Assembly: GCA_035530755.1 (NCBI GenBank)
Contig: DATKUF010000036.1
Location: 14,354 to 78,353, forward strand
Source of the DNA: Spirochaetia bacterium
GTDB taxonomy: Bacteria > Spirochaetota > Spirochaetia > DSM-27196 > DATKUC01
DNA: 64,000 nucleotides
Direction: 5' to 3'
A program made the translations under genes and the position numbers. This document shows positions 8,743 to 17,428 of the stretch, piece after piece. Each line of letters starts with the position of its first letter. The first letter of the stretch is position 1. The notes beneath the pieces were generated by a model. It searched no databases. It was not told where the DNA came from and saw only the letters and a list, made by a program, of their open reading frames with translations.

Positions 8743-10914
8743 ATGGCAGAAATTATTCGAACATACAAAAAACACGAAGGTGGACGGTACTTCAACCGCG
8801 AACTGAGCTGGATTGCGTTCAACGAGCGAGTCCTGTCCGAATCGCTGCGACGGGACGTTCCGTTACTCGAACGGCTTCGATTTCTCTGTATCGTTGCGAG
8901 CAATTTCGATGAGTTCTTCATGGTGCGCGTTGCGTCGCTGAAGAGGCAGATCCGGACAGGACGCAGGGTCCATTGCCCATCCGGAATGAGCGCCGAAGAA
9001 CAGTTGCGTGAGATCAGTCTGCGCGTGCGGGAGATCGTCAAAACCAAATACGAATGCCTTCTGGATGATATTCTGCCGCAGCTTGCTGAGGCAGGATTGG
9101 TGCTGAAGGCCCCTGAGACCTATAGCCAGACTCAGAAGAAGTTTCTGGAAGAGCTGTTCCAGGAAGAGGTCTTTCCCGTTCTCACACCGGTCAGGTGTGA
9201 GCTGGGAAAGCCGCTGCCTTATACCGGGAATCTTCGTCTCCACGCAGCGTTTCTGCTTCGGCCGCTGCAGGGTGAAGACTTCCTCGTCCCGGAAACGGGA
9301 GCGGAAGCACTTGCGATTGTGCAGATCCCTGCGGGTATACCTCGCATCCTCTACCTTCCGGAAACCCGGGGGACCGTCTCCTTTGCGCTGCTCGAGCACG
9401 TCATTCGGGACCATGCAGCGCAGCTCTTTCCGGGGTACGAAATAACCGAAGACATGTTCTTCCGTGTCACACGGGATGCGGATCTGGGCGTGGACGAGGA
9501 GCGAGACGAAGACTTCGTAGAGGCTATGGAGCAGGTCCTCGAATCGCGCGAGCACAGCATGGCAATTCGCATGAGCATCAACAAGAGTACCGGGCGCCTG
9601 CGTGAGATGTTGACCGACGCTCTCGCCCTCAACTCGTCCGAAGTTTACATGAAAACCGATCCCATGGACCTGAGCACCTTCATGGAGCTCGTAGATCTTC
9701 CCGGATTCGACCACCTTAGGTACGAAAAGTGGAAGCCTCAGGATTCTCCCTATCTTCCGGAGGAGTCTTCGATCTGGGATGCGTTGAAGAAGCGTGACGT
9801 TCTGCTTCATCATCCTTTTGAGTCGTTCGCGCCCGTTGTGCGACTGGTCCGGGAAGCGGCTACCGATCCGTCGGTGCTGGCAATAAAGATGACACTCTAT
9901 CGCACGAGCGGATCTTCCCCCCTTGTCCAGGCACTCGAGGTCGCGGCCGAAAACGGGAAACAGGTCACAGTCCTGGTCGAACTGAAGGCGCGGTTCGACG
10001 AAGAGCAGAACATAGAATGGGCGCAGCGTCTCGAACGTGCAGGTGTCATTGTCGTCTATGGAATTGTTCGATTGAAAGTACACGCGAAAGCGATTCTCAT
10101 CATCCGCCGTGAGGAAAAAGGCGTGACCCGGTACGTGCACCTGGGAACGGGAAACTACAATGACAAAACCGCACGGGTCTACACAGACCTCGGTTTCATG
10201 ACCACCCAGGACGAACTCGCCTACGAAATTGGTCTTTTCTTCAATTCGATTACCGGCTACTCCGCCATACCGGCCCTTTCCAAGCTCGTGATGGCGCCGA
10301 CAGCGCTCAAGTCACGGCTGCTCCAGATGATAGACCGGGAAGCACAGCGATCGACGCCGGAGAATCCCGGGCGCATCATCGCCAAGATCAATTCGCTCGC
10401 GGATCCGGAGGTCATCGAAGCTCTGTACAACGCCTCGGCAAGAGGCGTGCAAATATCTCTGATTATTCGCGGTATATGCATGCTCGTGCCCGGTGTGCCG
10501 GGGATGAGCGAGAACATCGCTGTCACGAGTGTGGTGGGCCGTTACCTGGAGCACTCGCGAATCTATTTCTTTCACAACGGTGGAGCCGGCGAATACTACT
10601 GCGGGAGCGCCGATCTGATGCCCCGAAACCTCGAACGCCGCGTGGAACTTCTGTTCCCCATCGAGAATCCGGATCTGCAGAAACGCATCAAATCCATCCT
10701 GGAGACCTACCTGGCGGACAACAGTCAGTCGCATGCGCTGCGGCCCGACGGAGTCTACGTGAGACGCGAGTCCGAGTCCGGAGAAGTATCGGTAGGAAGC
10801 CAGTCGGTTCTCTACGAGGCGGCGTGCAATCGGGCAAGCATCGCTGCGCCCGTGAATAGAAAGGAGTTCAGCGTCAGGCGAAAACCGCCGCAGGCGAAGC
10901 GACTTCGCCGCTGA
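8743..10914 (+). CDS. ppk: Polyphosphate kinase 1
   Basis: YFNRELSWIAFNERVLSE is the classic PPK1 N-terminus. Also present: SNFDEFFMVRV, VHAKAILIIRRE, HLGTGNYN and the PLD-like GRYLEHSRIYFF. 723 aa. Confidence 0.95.
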   Translation: MAEIIRTYKKHEGGRYFNRELSWIAFNERVLSESLRRDVPLLERLRFLCIVASNFDEFFMVRVASLKRQIRTGRRVHCPSGMSAEEQLREISLRVREIVKTKYECLLDDILPQLAEAGLVLKAPETYSQTQKKFLEELFQEEVFPVLTPVRCELGKPLPYTGNLRLHAAFLLRPLQGEDFLVPETGAEALAIVQIPAGIPRILYLPETRGTVSFALLEHVIRDHAAQLFPGYEITEDMFFRVTRDADLGVDEERDEDFVEAMEQVLESREHSMAIRMSINKSTGRLREMLTDALALNSSEVYMKTDPMDLSTFMELVDLPGFDHLRYEKWKPQDSPYLPEESSIWDALKKRDVLLHHPFESFAPVVRLVREAATDPSVLAIKMTLYRTSGSSPLVQALEVAAENGKQVTVLVELKARFDEEQNIEWAQRLERAGVIVVYGIVRLKVHAKAILIIRREEKGVTRYVHLGTGNYNDKTARVYTDLGFMTTQDELAYEIGLFFNSITGYSAIPALSKLVMAPTALKSRLLQMIDREAQRSTPENPGRIIAKINSLADPEVIEALYNASARGVQISLIIRGICMLVPGVPGMSENIAVTSVVGRYLEHSRIYFFHNGGAGEYYCGSADLMPRNLERRVELLFPIENPDLQKRIKSILETYLADNSQSHALRPDGVYVRRESESGEVSVGSQSVLYEAACNRASIAAPVNRKEFSVRRKPPQAKRLRR

Positions 10915-10925
10915 GAGAATAGAGC

Positions 10926-11345
10926 ATGGATCGGGAACGAATCGCCGATGACATAGTGCAAAACTCGCGTTTATCCTTTTCCCGCGCCGGCGGTTCCGGG
11001 GGCCAGAACGTCAACAAGGTCAACACCCGCGTGACGGTCCACGTCCCTGTTTCGACGCTGCGAAGCCTCACCGAGGAGCAACAGGCCCGGGTCCGTGTAC
11101 GCCTCGCGGGCCGTATCACCGAAAACGACGAACTTGTGGTCCATGTCGACGAGGAAAGGTCCCAGCTGCGGAACCGGGAGATCGCTCTCCGTCGTCTTTT
11201 TGATCTTATCACTCAAGCAGCCGCCGATCGGCGCCAGCGGCGGCCGACGCGGCCGTCGAATGCGTCGCGTGAAAGACGGATGCAGGAAAAACGGCGCCAC
11301 GGACGGAAGAAGGATTCGCGCCGCGGAAATTTCGACAACGAATAG
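10926..11345 (+). CDS. arfB: Alternative ribosome-rescue factor ArfB (class I release-factor-like peptidyl-tRNA hydrolase)
   Basis: 139 aa with the GGQ motif in SRAGGSGGQNVNKVNTRV and a basic C-terminal tail (RRQRRPTRPSNASRERRMQEKRRHGRKKDSRR). This is the diagnostic ArfB/YaeJ architecture. Confidence 0.85.
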   Translation: MDRERIADDIVQNSRLSFSRAGGSGGQNVNKVNTRVTVHVPVSTLRSLTEEQQARVRVRLAGRITENDELVVHVDEERSQLRNREIALRRLFDLITQAAADRRQRRPTRPSNASRERRMQEKRRHGRKKDSRRGNFDNE

Positions 11346-11385
11346 CGTCACGACCGCGTTGTTCGGACAGTTTGCGGCTGTCCGT

Positions 11386-12528
11386 CTACTGAGTCGAAGT
11401 CGCCTCAAGTCGACAGGTATAACCGTAGCGTCGGGCCCCCGGGGCCGGCCGCAGCAGCGTGATAAAGACCTCCGTTGCCGCCGGTACCCGAACGACCGCC
11501 GGCATGGGAATTGAAGAAATCATGTCGCGCAAGCCCATGTGCACGCGAATCGTAGCGGGGGTGGGCAAGCCGTTTCGGGCAAAGACCACATAGGTCGGGT
11601 CTCGCGAATCAACGCGGAAATCCACAGTACCGCGAGCGACGATGCGCCTCTCGTAGTCCGCGAAGTCGGCGTTTGTGAGTTCGCCGGACGAAAGCGGCAG
11701 GAGCAACGGGACGCCCGGGTGGCAGGAACGGTAGGTCCGTCCCTCCAGCGGGACAACTGGTGCCGACGATCCGTCGAGAAACGAGACCGGGACCGATCTC
11801 ATGCGTCCGGTCTTCGTTGGAATGCGAACATCAAAGTGCAGGTGTGGCCCGGAGGTTCTTCCGGTATTGCCGCTGTACGCGATGCGCTGACCCGCCTCAA
11901 CGGTCTCTCCCGGGCGAACGAGCGAGCCGCCCCTCCTGAGGTGGGCGTAGTTCGCGAACGAGCCGTCATCGTGCGCAATGAGCAGGTAGTTTCCGTGCGG
12001 GGCGAATCCCGCGTCCAGGCCGGAAAGGGAAGAATTGTCCTTCACCTCTGCAACCACGCCGGCGCGTGCCGCGCAGACCACGGCTCCAGCGTCGAGATCG
12101 AAATCGAGCGCGTACTGGTTTTCACCGTAGTGCGAAAACCGGCCATTGTACCCCTGCGTCACCTGATGGATTCTTCCGTGTTCGAACGGAAACAGATATC
12201 GGTGGTACCGGTCCAGCCTCACTTCGTCGGGATTTCCCCGGGCGAAAGAATAGGATACTCCGAAGCTGCGAGGCCCCTTCCCGTCAGGTCTCAACGAGAA
12301 CAGATAGACTCGGTCCGCCCCGCTACGGATGAGCTGTTCGAACGGCATGCGGAGGTCCGGGACGAAGTTTTCCAGGTCGGTAAACTCGAAGCGCAACCAG
12401 GAATCGATAATGGCGTGCGGTCCGGCCAGAAAACGGTACCCGCCCCGACCGTCTTTTTCGGCGTGGACTTTCAATTTTCCGTCCGGGGCTGCCGGATTTT
12501 CCAATCTCCGCGGCACAGCCGAAAACAT
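11386..12528 (-). CDS. M23 family metallopeptidase
   Basis: HYGENQYALDFDL (HxxxD), GNYLLIAHDDGSFANYAHL and YSGNTGRTSGPHLHFDV (HxH) form the LytM/M23 catalytic signature. The N-terminal ~190 aa are unassigned. Confidence 0.85.
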   Translation of the reverse strand: MFSAVPRRLENPAAPDGKLKVHAEKDGRGGYRFLAGPHAIIDSWLRFEFTDLENFVPDLRMPFEQLIRSGADRVYLFSLRPDGKGPRSFGVSYSFARGNPDEVRLDRYHRYLFPFEHGRIHQVTQGYNGRFSHYGENQYALDFDLDAGAVVCAARAGVVAEVKDNSSLSGLDAGFAPHGNYLLIAHDDGSFANYAHLRRGGSLVRPGETVEAGQRIAYSGNTGRTSGPHLHFDVRIPTKTGRMRSVPVSFLDGSSAPVVPLEGRTYRSCHPGVPLLLPLSSGELTNADFADYERRIVARGTVDFRVDSRDPTYVVFARNGLPTPATIRVHMGLRDMISSIPMPAVVRVPAATEVFITLLRPAPGARRYGYTCRLEATSTQ

Positions 12529-12620
12529 ACCCTACTTTGCCTCCCGGCGTCATCCGGATGGCGATCGGGGGTTGACCGCCCCGGTCGACCGTTGGATACT
12601 TCAGCCGTTAAGGAGGCAGC

Positions 12621-13493
12621 ATGGCGCATTGCGTGGTCCCTGCGGCGGAAGAAATCCTCGACAAGGAGTTTCGAGTCCTCGACAAGGGGTTCGTACGCCT
12701 GGTCGACTATCTCGGAGGTGACGAGCGCATCGTGCAGGCGGCGCGGGTCTCCTACGGAGAGGGCACCAAGTCCTTCCGGCAGGATCGTGGGTTGATAGAC
12801 TACTTGTTGCGCAATCGGCACACTTCGCCATTTGAGCAGGTCATTCTGACGTTTCACGCGAAGTTGCCGATTTTTGTTGCCCGGCAGTGGGTGCGGCATC
12901 GCATGGCCCGACTGAACGAAATATCGGGCCGCTACTCCGTCCTGAAAGACGAATTTTATCTGCCCGAAGGAACTGCCGTGGCTCTGCAGAGCGAAGACAA
13001 CAAACAGGGACGCCGGAATGAGCCGGTTCCCGCGGAATTGCAGGAGAGCGCCCGCGCCAGGCTCGCCTCCGGGCAGCAGAACGCCTACGCGGCCTACGTC
13101 GAGTTGCTCGATACCGGCCTGGCCCGGGAACTTGCCAGAATCAACCTTCCGCTGAGCGCCTATACCGAATGGTACTGGCAAATCGATCTCCACAACCTCT
13201 TTCATTTTCTTCAGCTCCGCATGGATCCTCATGCGCAATTCGAGATTCGGGAATACGCACGAACAATTTATTCCATTGCAGCACGGGTTTGTCCTCTTGC
13301 CTGCGAGTCGTTTGACCAGCATCTGGTTGGAGGGGTCAGTTTCTCGCGATCGGAGATGGAGGTTATCGGCGCTCTACTGTCGCCGGATCACGTGAACGAG
13401 GAGACTCTTCGGGCAACTGCAGAAGAGTTCGGGCTGAAGGCTAAGGCACAGGATCGTCTGTTGGGAAAGCTGCGCGGAACCACCATACCCTGA
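12621..13493 (+). CDS. thyX: Flavin-dependent thymidylate synthase ThyX
   Basis: The ThyX motif RHRMARLNEISGRYS (RHRxxSxxxxSxR) is present, together with RHTSPFEQV and QIDLHNLFHFLQLR. Confidence 0.95.
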   Translation: MAHCVVPAAEEILDKEFRVLDKGFVRLVDYLGGDERIVQAARVSYGEGTKSFRQDRGLIDYLLRNRHTSPFEQVILTFHAKLPIFVARQWVRHRMARLNEISGRYSVLKDEFYLPEGTAVALQSEDNKQGRRNEPVPAELQESARARLASGQQNAYAAYVELLDTGLARELARINLPLSAYTEWYWQIDLHNLFHFLQLRMDPHAQFEIREYARTIYSIAARVCPLACESFDQHLVGGVSFSRSEMEVIGALLSPDHVNEETLRATAEEFGLKAKAQDRLLGKLRGTTIP

Positions 13494-13561
13494 TTCGAAC
13501 CCGTCACGGTTCAACAATCTGCGTGGCAGTTCCCATAGGCTGACTTCCGGGCGGTCAGGAT

Positions 13562-14452
13562 TCAGGCCCCTATCACGGCGACAGCCGCCGCCGCGATCGC
13601 TGCGGCTGCGGCCGTGCTCAAAAAGTTGACCACATCGTTGGTAAAGAGCGGAATACCGCGTATTCGGGCGTTAAGGCCGCCGGCATCTTTCCTTTGCTCG
13701 GTCAGATGCCCGGTCCCGGGTCGGATGTAGAGCGGCTGAACGGTCGCTCCGAGAACGCTGTCGAGAACCGCGCCAATCCATCCGGATATCCCGACAATTC
13801 CCGCGTCAACGCCGATCCTCGCAAGGTCGTTCACTCCGCCGAGGACGGCCAAACCGGCCGCAAAAACCACGGCCGCAAGGAGAGCACCCGCGGCGGCCGA
13901 AAGGAATCCCAGACCTGTAACGCCGCCGGACATTCCCGGCAGAATAGGGCGCCGGCTTATGATCGATACAGGTTTGTGGCGCGCGAGAACTCCGAGCTCG
14001 CTCGACCAGGTATCGGCGTTCGCCTCGGCGAAAGCGGCGGCGAGCGCGACAAGCCAGAGGTGGGCGCCTGAGGGCAGGTTCGCCCCCGGAATGCCGACAC
14101 CGGTTGCGGCAAGTAAGAATGGTACCCCGGAAATCGCAAATCCCACTGCGGCAATGAGCCCGACTCCTCCGTTTGCGAGAACCTGTAAAGCGTCGCGCCG
14201 ACTTCCCTTCTCCTGAATCAGCTCGATTCCCGATTTCCGGTCAAGACCGATTCGACTCGCAATCGAGGAGGTCACGAAAAATGCACCCAGGCAGATCCAT
14301 GCCGTCCATCCGGCGAGCAGCAGGATTCCGGCTCCGACGACGAAACCGGTCGCGGCACCGACCGAAGTGACGGCCCGGCGCCAGCCGGCGATAATCGCGA
14401 AGATCCCATTCAGCAACAGGGCCGCGAATATCAGCTCAAACGAAATATTCAT
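13562..14452 (-). CDS. DUF92 / TMEM19-family integral membrane protein (VTE6-like, candidate prenyl-phosphate kinase)
   Basis: Polytopic membrane protein with KGSRRDALQVLANGGVG, the conserved DUF92/COG1836 core. Its start overlaps the stop of the upstream gene by 4 nt (ATGA). Confidence 0.75.
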   Translation of the reverse strand: MNISFELIFAALLLNGIFAIIAGWRRAVTSVGAATGFVVGAGILLLAGWTAWICLGAFFVTSSIASRIGLDRKSGIELIQEKGSRRDALQVLANGGVGLIAAVGFAISGVPFLLAATGVGIPGANLPSGAHLWLVALAAAFAEANADTWSSELGVLARHKPVSIISRRPILPGMSGGVTGLGFLSAAAGALLAAVVFAAGLAVLGGVNDLARIGVDAGIVGISGWIGAVLDSVLGATVQPLYIRPGTGHLTEQRKDAGGLNARIRGIPLFTNDVVNFLSTAAAAAIAAAAVAVIGA

Positions 14453-15204
14453 AGTATCACCAGGTTGTAGAACAGCACCGAAAGAATCGGCACCGTCAGA
14501 TTGTCGAGGCCGAACGGCGTCACCGCCTCGACGATCGTCGCCACACCGGCGACCGCGCCCGCGCGAGCGGCGACTGTTGCCAGACCTGCCTGGGGACAGA
14601 AAGTACCAACGAGGATTGCCCCAACGGTGAACGAGGCGGCGAACATGGTGAGAGACCCTGCGATGCTCTTGGTCGCTCTGTCGCTCGTCGTATCAATGCC
14701 CGCATTCGGCAGCATGTTGCTCCGGCCGGCAACCGCATAGCGGCCTGACTTCACCCGCTCGCCGACCAGCGCGGCCAGTCCGTCCCCCCAGCCCATGATG
14801 AGGATACCAATTCCGCCGGTATAAACCGGAAATACGCCACCGAATGTGAGGAACACTATGGCGAGCAACGACAGTGGGAAGTAGATGGTTCCGAGATTAC
14901 TTCTGTCGGCGTGCGGGCGCAACGTCGCCATTGAGCCCCGTCTCCAGATCACCACATTGAAGATGAGAAAAAACGCAGGGCCGACTGCGGCAAACCAGGG
15001 GTTATCGTGAAAGAGCATGGCGAGCAGCCACCAGTGGGACGCGCCGATGTGCACGATTTTTCGACCGGTGGCTTCACGAACCAACTTTCTCGCGATGAGC
15101 AGTTCGACGACGACCAGGAGGGCGAATACCGCTGCGAATGACACAGCGATGCCCGTCAGATTCCGGTACAGACTGTAATCGCGAGGTCCGATAAACTGGA
15201 GCAT
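14449..15204 (-). CDS. Dolichol-kinase / phytol-kinase-like (VTE5-like, CTP-dependent prenol kinase family) membrane protein
   Basis: Start moved to ATG 15204 (MLQFIGPRDY...). The GRKIVHIGASHWWLLA motif (RK-x-VH-x-G) is typical of phytol/dolichol kinases. There are multiple TM helices and GWGDGLAALVGERVKSGRY near the C-terminus. Confidence 0.7.
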   Translation of the reverse strand: MLQFIGPRDYSLYRNLTGIAVSFAAVFALLVVVELLIARKLVREATGRKIVHIGASHWWLLAMLFHDNPWFAAVGPAFFLIFNVVIWRRGSMATLRPHADRSNLGTIYFPLSLLAIVFLTFGGVFPVYTGGIGILIMGWGDGLAALVGERVKSGRYAVAGRSNMLPNAGIDTTSDRATKSIAGSLTMFAASFTVGAILVGTFCPQAGLATVAARAGAVAGVATIVEAVTPFGLDNLTVPILSVLFYNLVIL

Positions 15205-15266
15205 GCCGTGGGCATTGTACCGCGCTTGAACAACCGGTGCAATTGATCTATTCTTTAAAGAAATCA

Positions 15267-16013
15267 ATGTCAGGTGAAGAACAACAAAAACGGCTTGCAG
15301 TACTTATCGATGCAGACAATACGCAGCCTTCAATTATCGAGCCGTTGCTCGAAGAGGTGGCGAAGTACGGTGTGTCGAGCGTGCGTCGCATTTATGGTGA
15401 CTGGACGAGCCCGAATCTGAAAGGCTGGAAAGAGGTTCTTCTCCAGTTTGCCATACAGCCGATCCAGCAATTTGCCTACACAAAGGGAAAAAACGCTACC
15501 GACAGCGCGATGATAATCGACGCGATGGATCTGCTCTATACCGAGAAGTTCGACGGTTTCTGCATCGTTTCCAGCGATAGTGATTTCACGCGGCTCTCGG
15601 CTCGTATTCGCGAAGCGGGGCTCACCGTTTACGGCTTCGGCGAGCAAAAAACGCCGAAAGCGTTTGTCGGCGCCTGCGACAAATTTATCTACACGGAGAT
15701 TCTACGCAAGAAGGACGAGAAGGAGCCGGAGGTTCGGCCCTCGCTCAGTTCCTCGGACTTGAAACGGGACACACGTCTGGTCACGCTGCTGCGCAACGCG
15801 ATCGAAGACTCTGCGGACGAAAATGGCTGGGCGCATCTCGGCTCCGTCGGAACGAATCTTGCCAATCGGTCACCCGAGTTCGATCCGCGCAACTACGGGC
15901 ACAAGAAGCTCGGGGATCTGATCCGCGTAATCGGCCTTTTCGAAACCGACGGACGTTCTGCGGAGAACTCGCCGGCGAAGAACATCTACGTGCGGGACAA
16001 ACGACGAAAATAG
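15267..16013 (+). CDS. NYN (LabA/PIN-like) ribonuclease domain protein with C-terminal OST-HTH/LOTUS domain
   Basis: Start moved to ATG 15267. NYN core: RLAVLIDADNTQ...RRIYGDWTS...KNATDSAMIIDAMDLLY...FCIVSSDSDFTRLSARIREAGLTVYGFG. C-terminal LOTUS-like region: GWAHLGSVGTNLANRSPEFDPRNYGHKKLGDLIRVIGLFE. Confidence 0.85.
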   Translation: MSGEEQQKRLAVLIDADNTQPSIIEPLLEEVAKYGVSSVRRIYGDWTSPNLKGWKEVLLQFAIQPIQQFAYTKGKNATDSAMIIDAMDLLYTEKFDGFCIVSSDSDFTRLSARIREAGLTVYGFGEQKTPKAFVGACDKFIYTEILRKKDEKEPEVRPSLSSSDLKRDTRLVTLLRNAIEDSADENGWAHLGSVGTNLANRSPEFDPRNYGHKKLGDLIRVIGLFETDGRSAENSPAKNIYVRDKRRK

Positions 16014-16017
16014 TACT

Positions 16018-16434
16018 ATGAGCAGCAAGAATCCCCGGGGGGATCGCGCTCGATTCGGGAATCGCGGCTTCCCCCTTCGCATACTCGACATCCTTTCCAT
16101 TGCCATGGCCCTGGGTGTAGTCGTGCTTTTCACCGTCCAAGCCTATACCGGCGCGGGGAAGAGCAGCGAAGTAAGCATACAGGCGAACGGACAGTACTAT
16201 CTCTATCCTTTGGACCAGGACACCGAGTTTTCGGTATCCGGGCCAATCGGTGAGACCACAATTCAGATTCGAAGCCACGCGGTCAGGGTAGTTTCTTCGC
16301 CGTGCCGCGACAAGATATGCATTGCTGCCGGCTGGCTGTCTCACTCCGGCCAGTGGACTGCCTGTCTGCCGAACCGCGTTTTTGTCCGTGTCGAAGGCGG
16401 CGATCCGGCGCCTGTAGATGCGCAGACATTCTGA
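16018..16434 (+). CDS. NusG domain II-containing (DUF1312) membrane-anchored protein
   Basis: One N-terminal TM helix (ILDILSIAMALGVVVLFTV), then a beta-rich domain with VRVVSSPCRDKICIAAGWLSHSGQWTACLPNRVFVRVEG. The C-x3-C ... C pattern and the LPN+V.V motif are characteristic of NusG_II proteins. Confidence 0.7.
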   Translation: MSSKNPRGDRARFGNRGFPLRILDILSIAMALGVVVLFTVQAYTGAGKSSEVSIQANGQYYLYPLDQDTEFSVSGPIGETTIQIRSHAVRVVSSPCRDKICIAAGWLSHSGQWTACLPNRVFVRVEGGDPAPVDAQTF

Positions 16435-16492
16435 GATTTGATCCGAGATTCGCAGATCTGATGCATGTCGCGCAGAACGGGGGATTGGACGC

Positions 16493-17413
16493 GTGAATGA
16501 TACTCGGAAACCACCTGGTTCTTATCCCGCGATCTGGATCCGGGCGTTGCGACCGTGGACTGTCGCCGTTGTAGCGTTTCCGACCACACTCGGCATTGTA
16601 TTCGCGGACGTCGCGGGGCGGGAGGGCCGACTCAAGGCGGCTCTGGTCCTTGTCTCGGCGGTTCTGCTCCAATTCGGAGCCAATATGGTGAACCACTTTT
16701 TCGCATTTGGCAGCTCGGGACCGGATATAGGGCGCACGGATATCGGCGTGTTCGGGCCCGGCCGCTCACGGATCGATTGGCTCGTCTTTCTCTCCGGCAT
16801 CGGGTGCTTTTTTCTTGCTATTCCCTTTGGAATGATTCTCGTCTACCTCGACGGGGTGCCGATCCTTCTGCTTGGCATTGTCGGTTTCGCGACCGCCTAC
16901 TTCTATTCTGCAGAGCCGGTGAACTATAAGCGACGTGGTTTTGCAGTTCCGGCCGCTTTTCTGTTTCTTGGCCTCTGTATGGTTGCGGGTTCAACCTATG
17001 CGGTACTGGAGCGGTTACCCGGTCGAGCGTTGCTCATTTCGTTTCCCGTGGGTTTTCTTGCTGCCGCGCTGCTTCTCGAAGAGGAGCTGCTTGGCGAGAG
17101 GCGAGACCGGGAAAACGGTGTCGGAACGCTCGCCGTCCGTCTGGGCCCGGCGCGCGGCCGGCTGCTTTTCCTTGTCCTCGTAGTTCTCGCCTACCTCTGG
17201 CCTGCCGTTCTGAACGCCGCATCCCGCGTCCCTCATCAGTCGGGACTTCCGATCTATTTCATCTATGCCGCAACCCCGTTTGCTGCAGCTTCGATTCGAC
17301 AGCTCTATCGGTCGCCCGCGCTCGTGAAGAGGCCGATACCGTGGATGCTTCTGCATCACTACGTCTTCGGCATTTTGTACATTGCGGCCAACTTTTCGCG
17401 AGGGCAGCGGTAG
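16493..17413 (+). CDS. UbiA-superfamily prenyltransferase-like membrane protein, MenA-like but with degenerate Asp-rich motifs
   Basis: WIRALRPWTVAVVAFPTTLGIVFA and LLQFGANMVNHFFAFGSSGPD align to the MenA N-terminus. ERRDRENGVGTLAVRLG aligns to the second motif (RDxxxDrenGkxTLxV). Eight or nine TM helices. GTG start. Confidence 0.7.
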   Translation: MNDTRKPPGSYPAIWIRALRPWTVAVVAFPTTLGIVFADVAGREGRLKAALVLVSAVLLQFGANMVNHFFAFGSSGPDIGRTDIGVFGPGRSRIDWLVFLSGIGCFFLAIPFGMILVYLDGVPILLLGIVGFATAYFYSAEPVNYKRRGFAVPAAFLFLGLCMVAGSTYAVLERLPGRALLISFPVGFLAAALLLEEELLGERRDRENGVGTLAVRLGPARGRLLFLVLVVLAYLWPAVLNAASRVPHQSGLPIYFIYAATPFAAASIRQLYRSPALVKRPIPWMLLHHYVFGILYIAANFSRGQR

Positions 17414-17428
17414 ACCCGCGTATCCGGT

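Noticed and set aside
11364-11384. Hairpin CGGACAG-TTTGCGG-CTGTCCG between convergent arfB and the M23 peptidase gene, as a possible terminator.
   Set aside because: The stem is short (7 bp), there is no flanking T/A-run on either side, and it abuts the M23 stop codon. The evidence is too weak to call.
8863-12795. Large antisense ORFs opposite ppk1 (8863-10140, 425 aa) and opposite the M23 peptidase (11539-12795, 418 aa). Similar cases occur at 22094-23330, 41678-42661, 44062-45669, 53196-54179, 55589-56854 and 59603-60673.
   Set aside because: In every case the opposite strand encodes a protein with unmistakable family motifs. The antisense translations are compositionally biased (R/G/P/D/H-rich) with no recognisable domains. 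I treated them as non-coding shadows.
15267-16013. NYN nuclease, MutS-like ATPase (33764-35506) and HD-GYP considered as parts of an anti-phage defence system or toxin-antitoxin module.
   Set aside because: The genes are tens of kb apart. Each lacks the partner genes typical of known defence or TA architectures, and all sit among housekeeping genes. There is no sequence evidence for a defence island.
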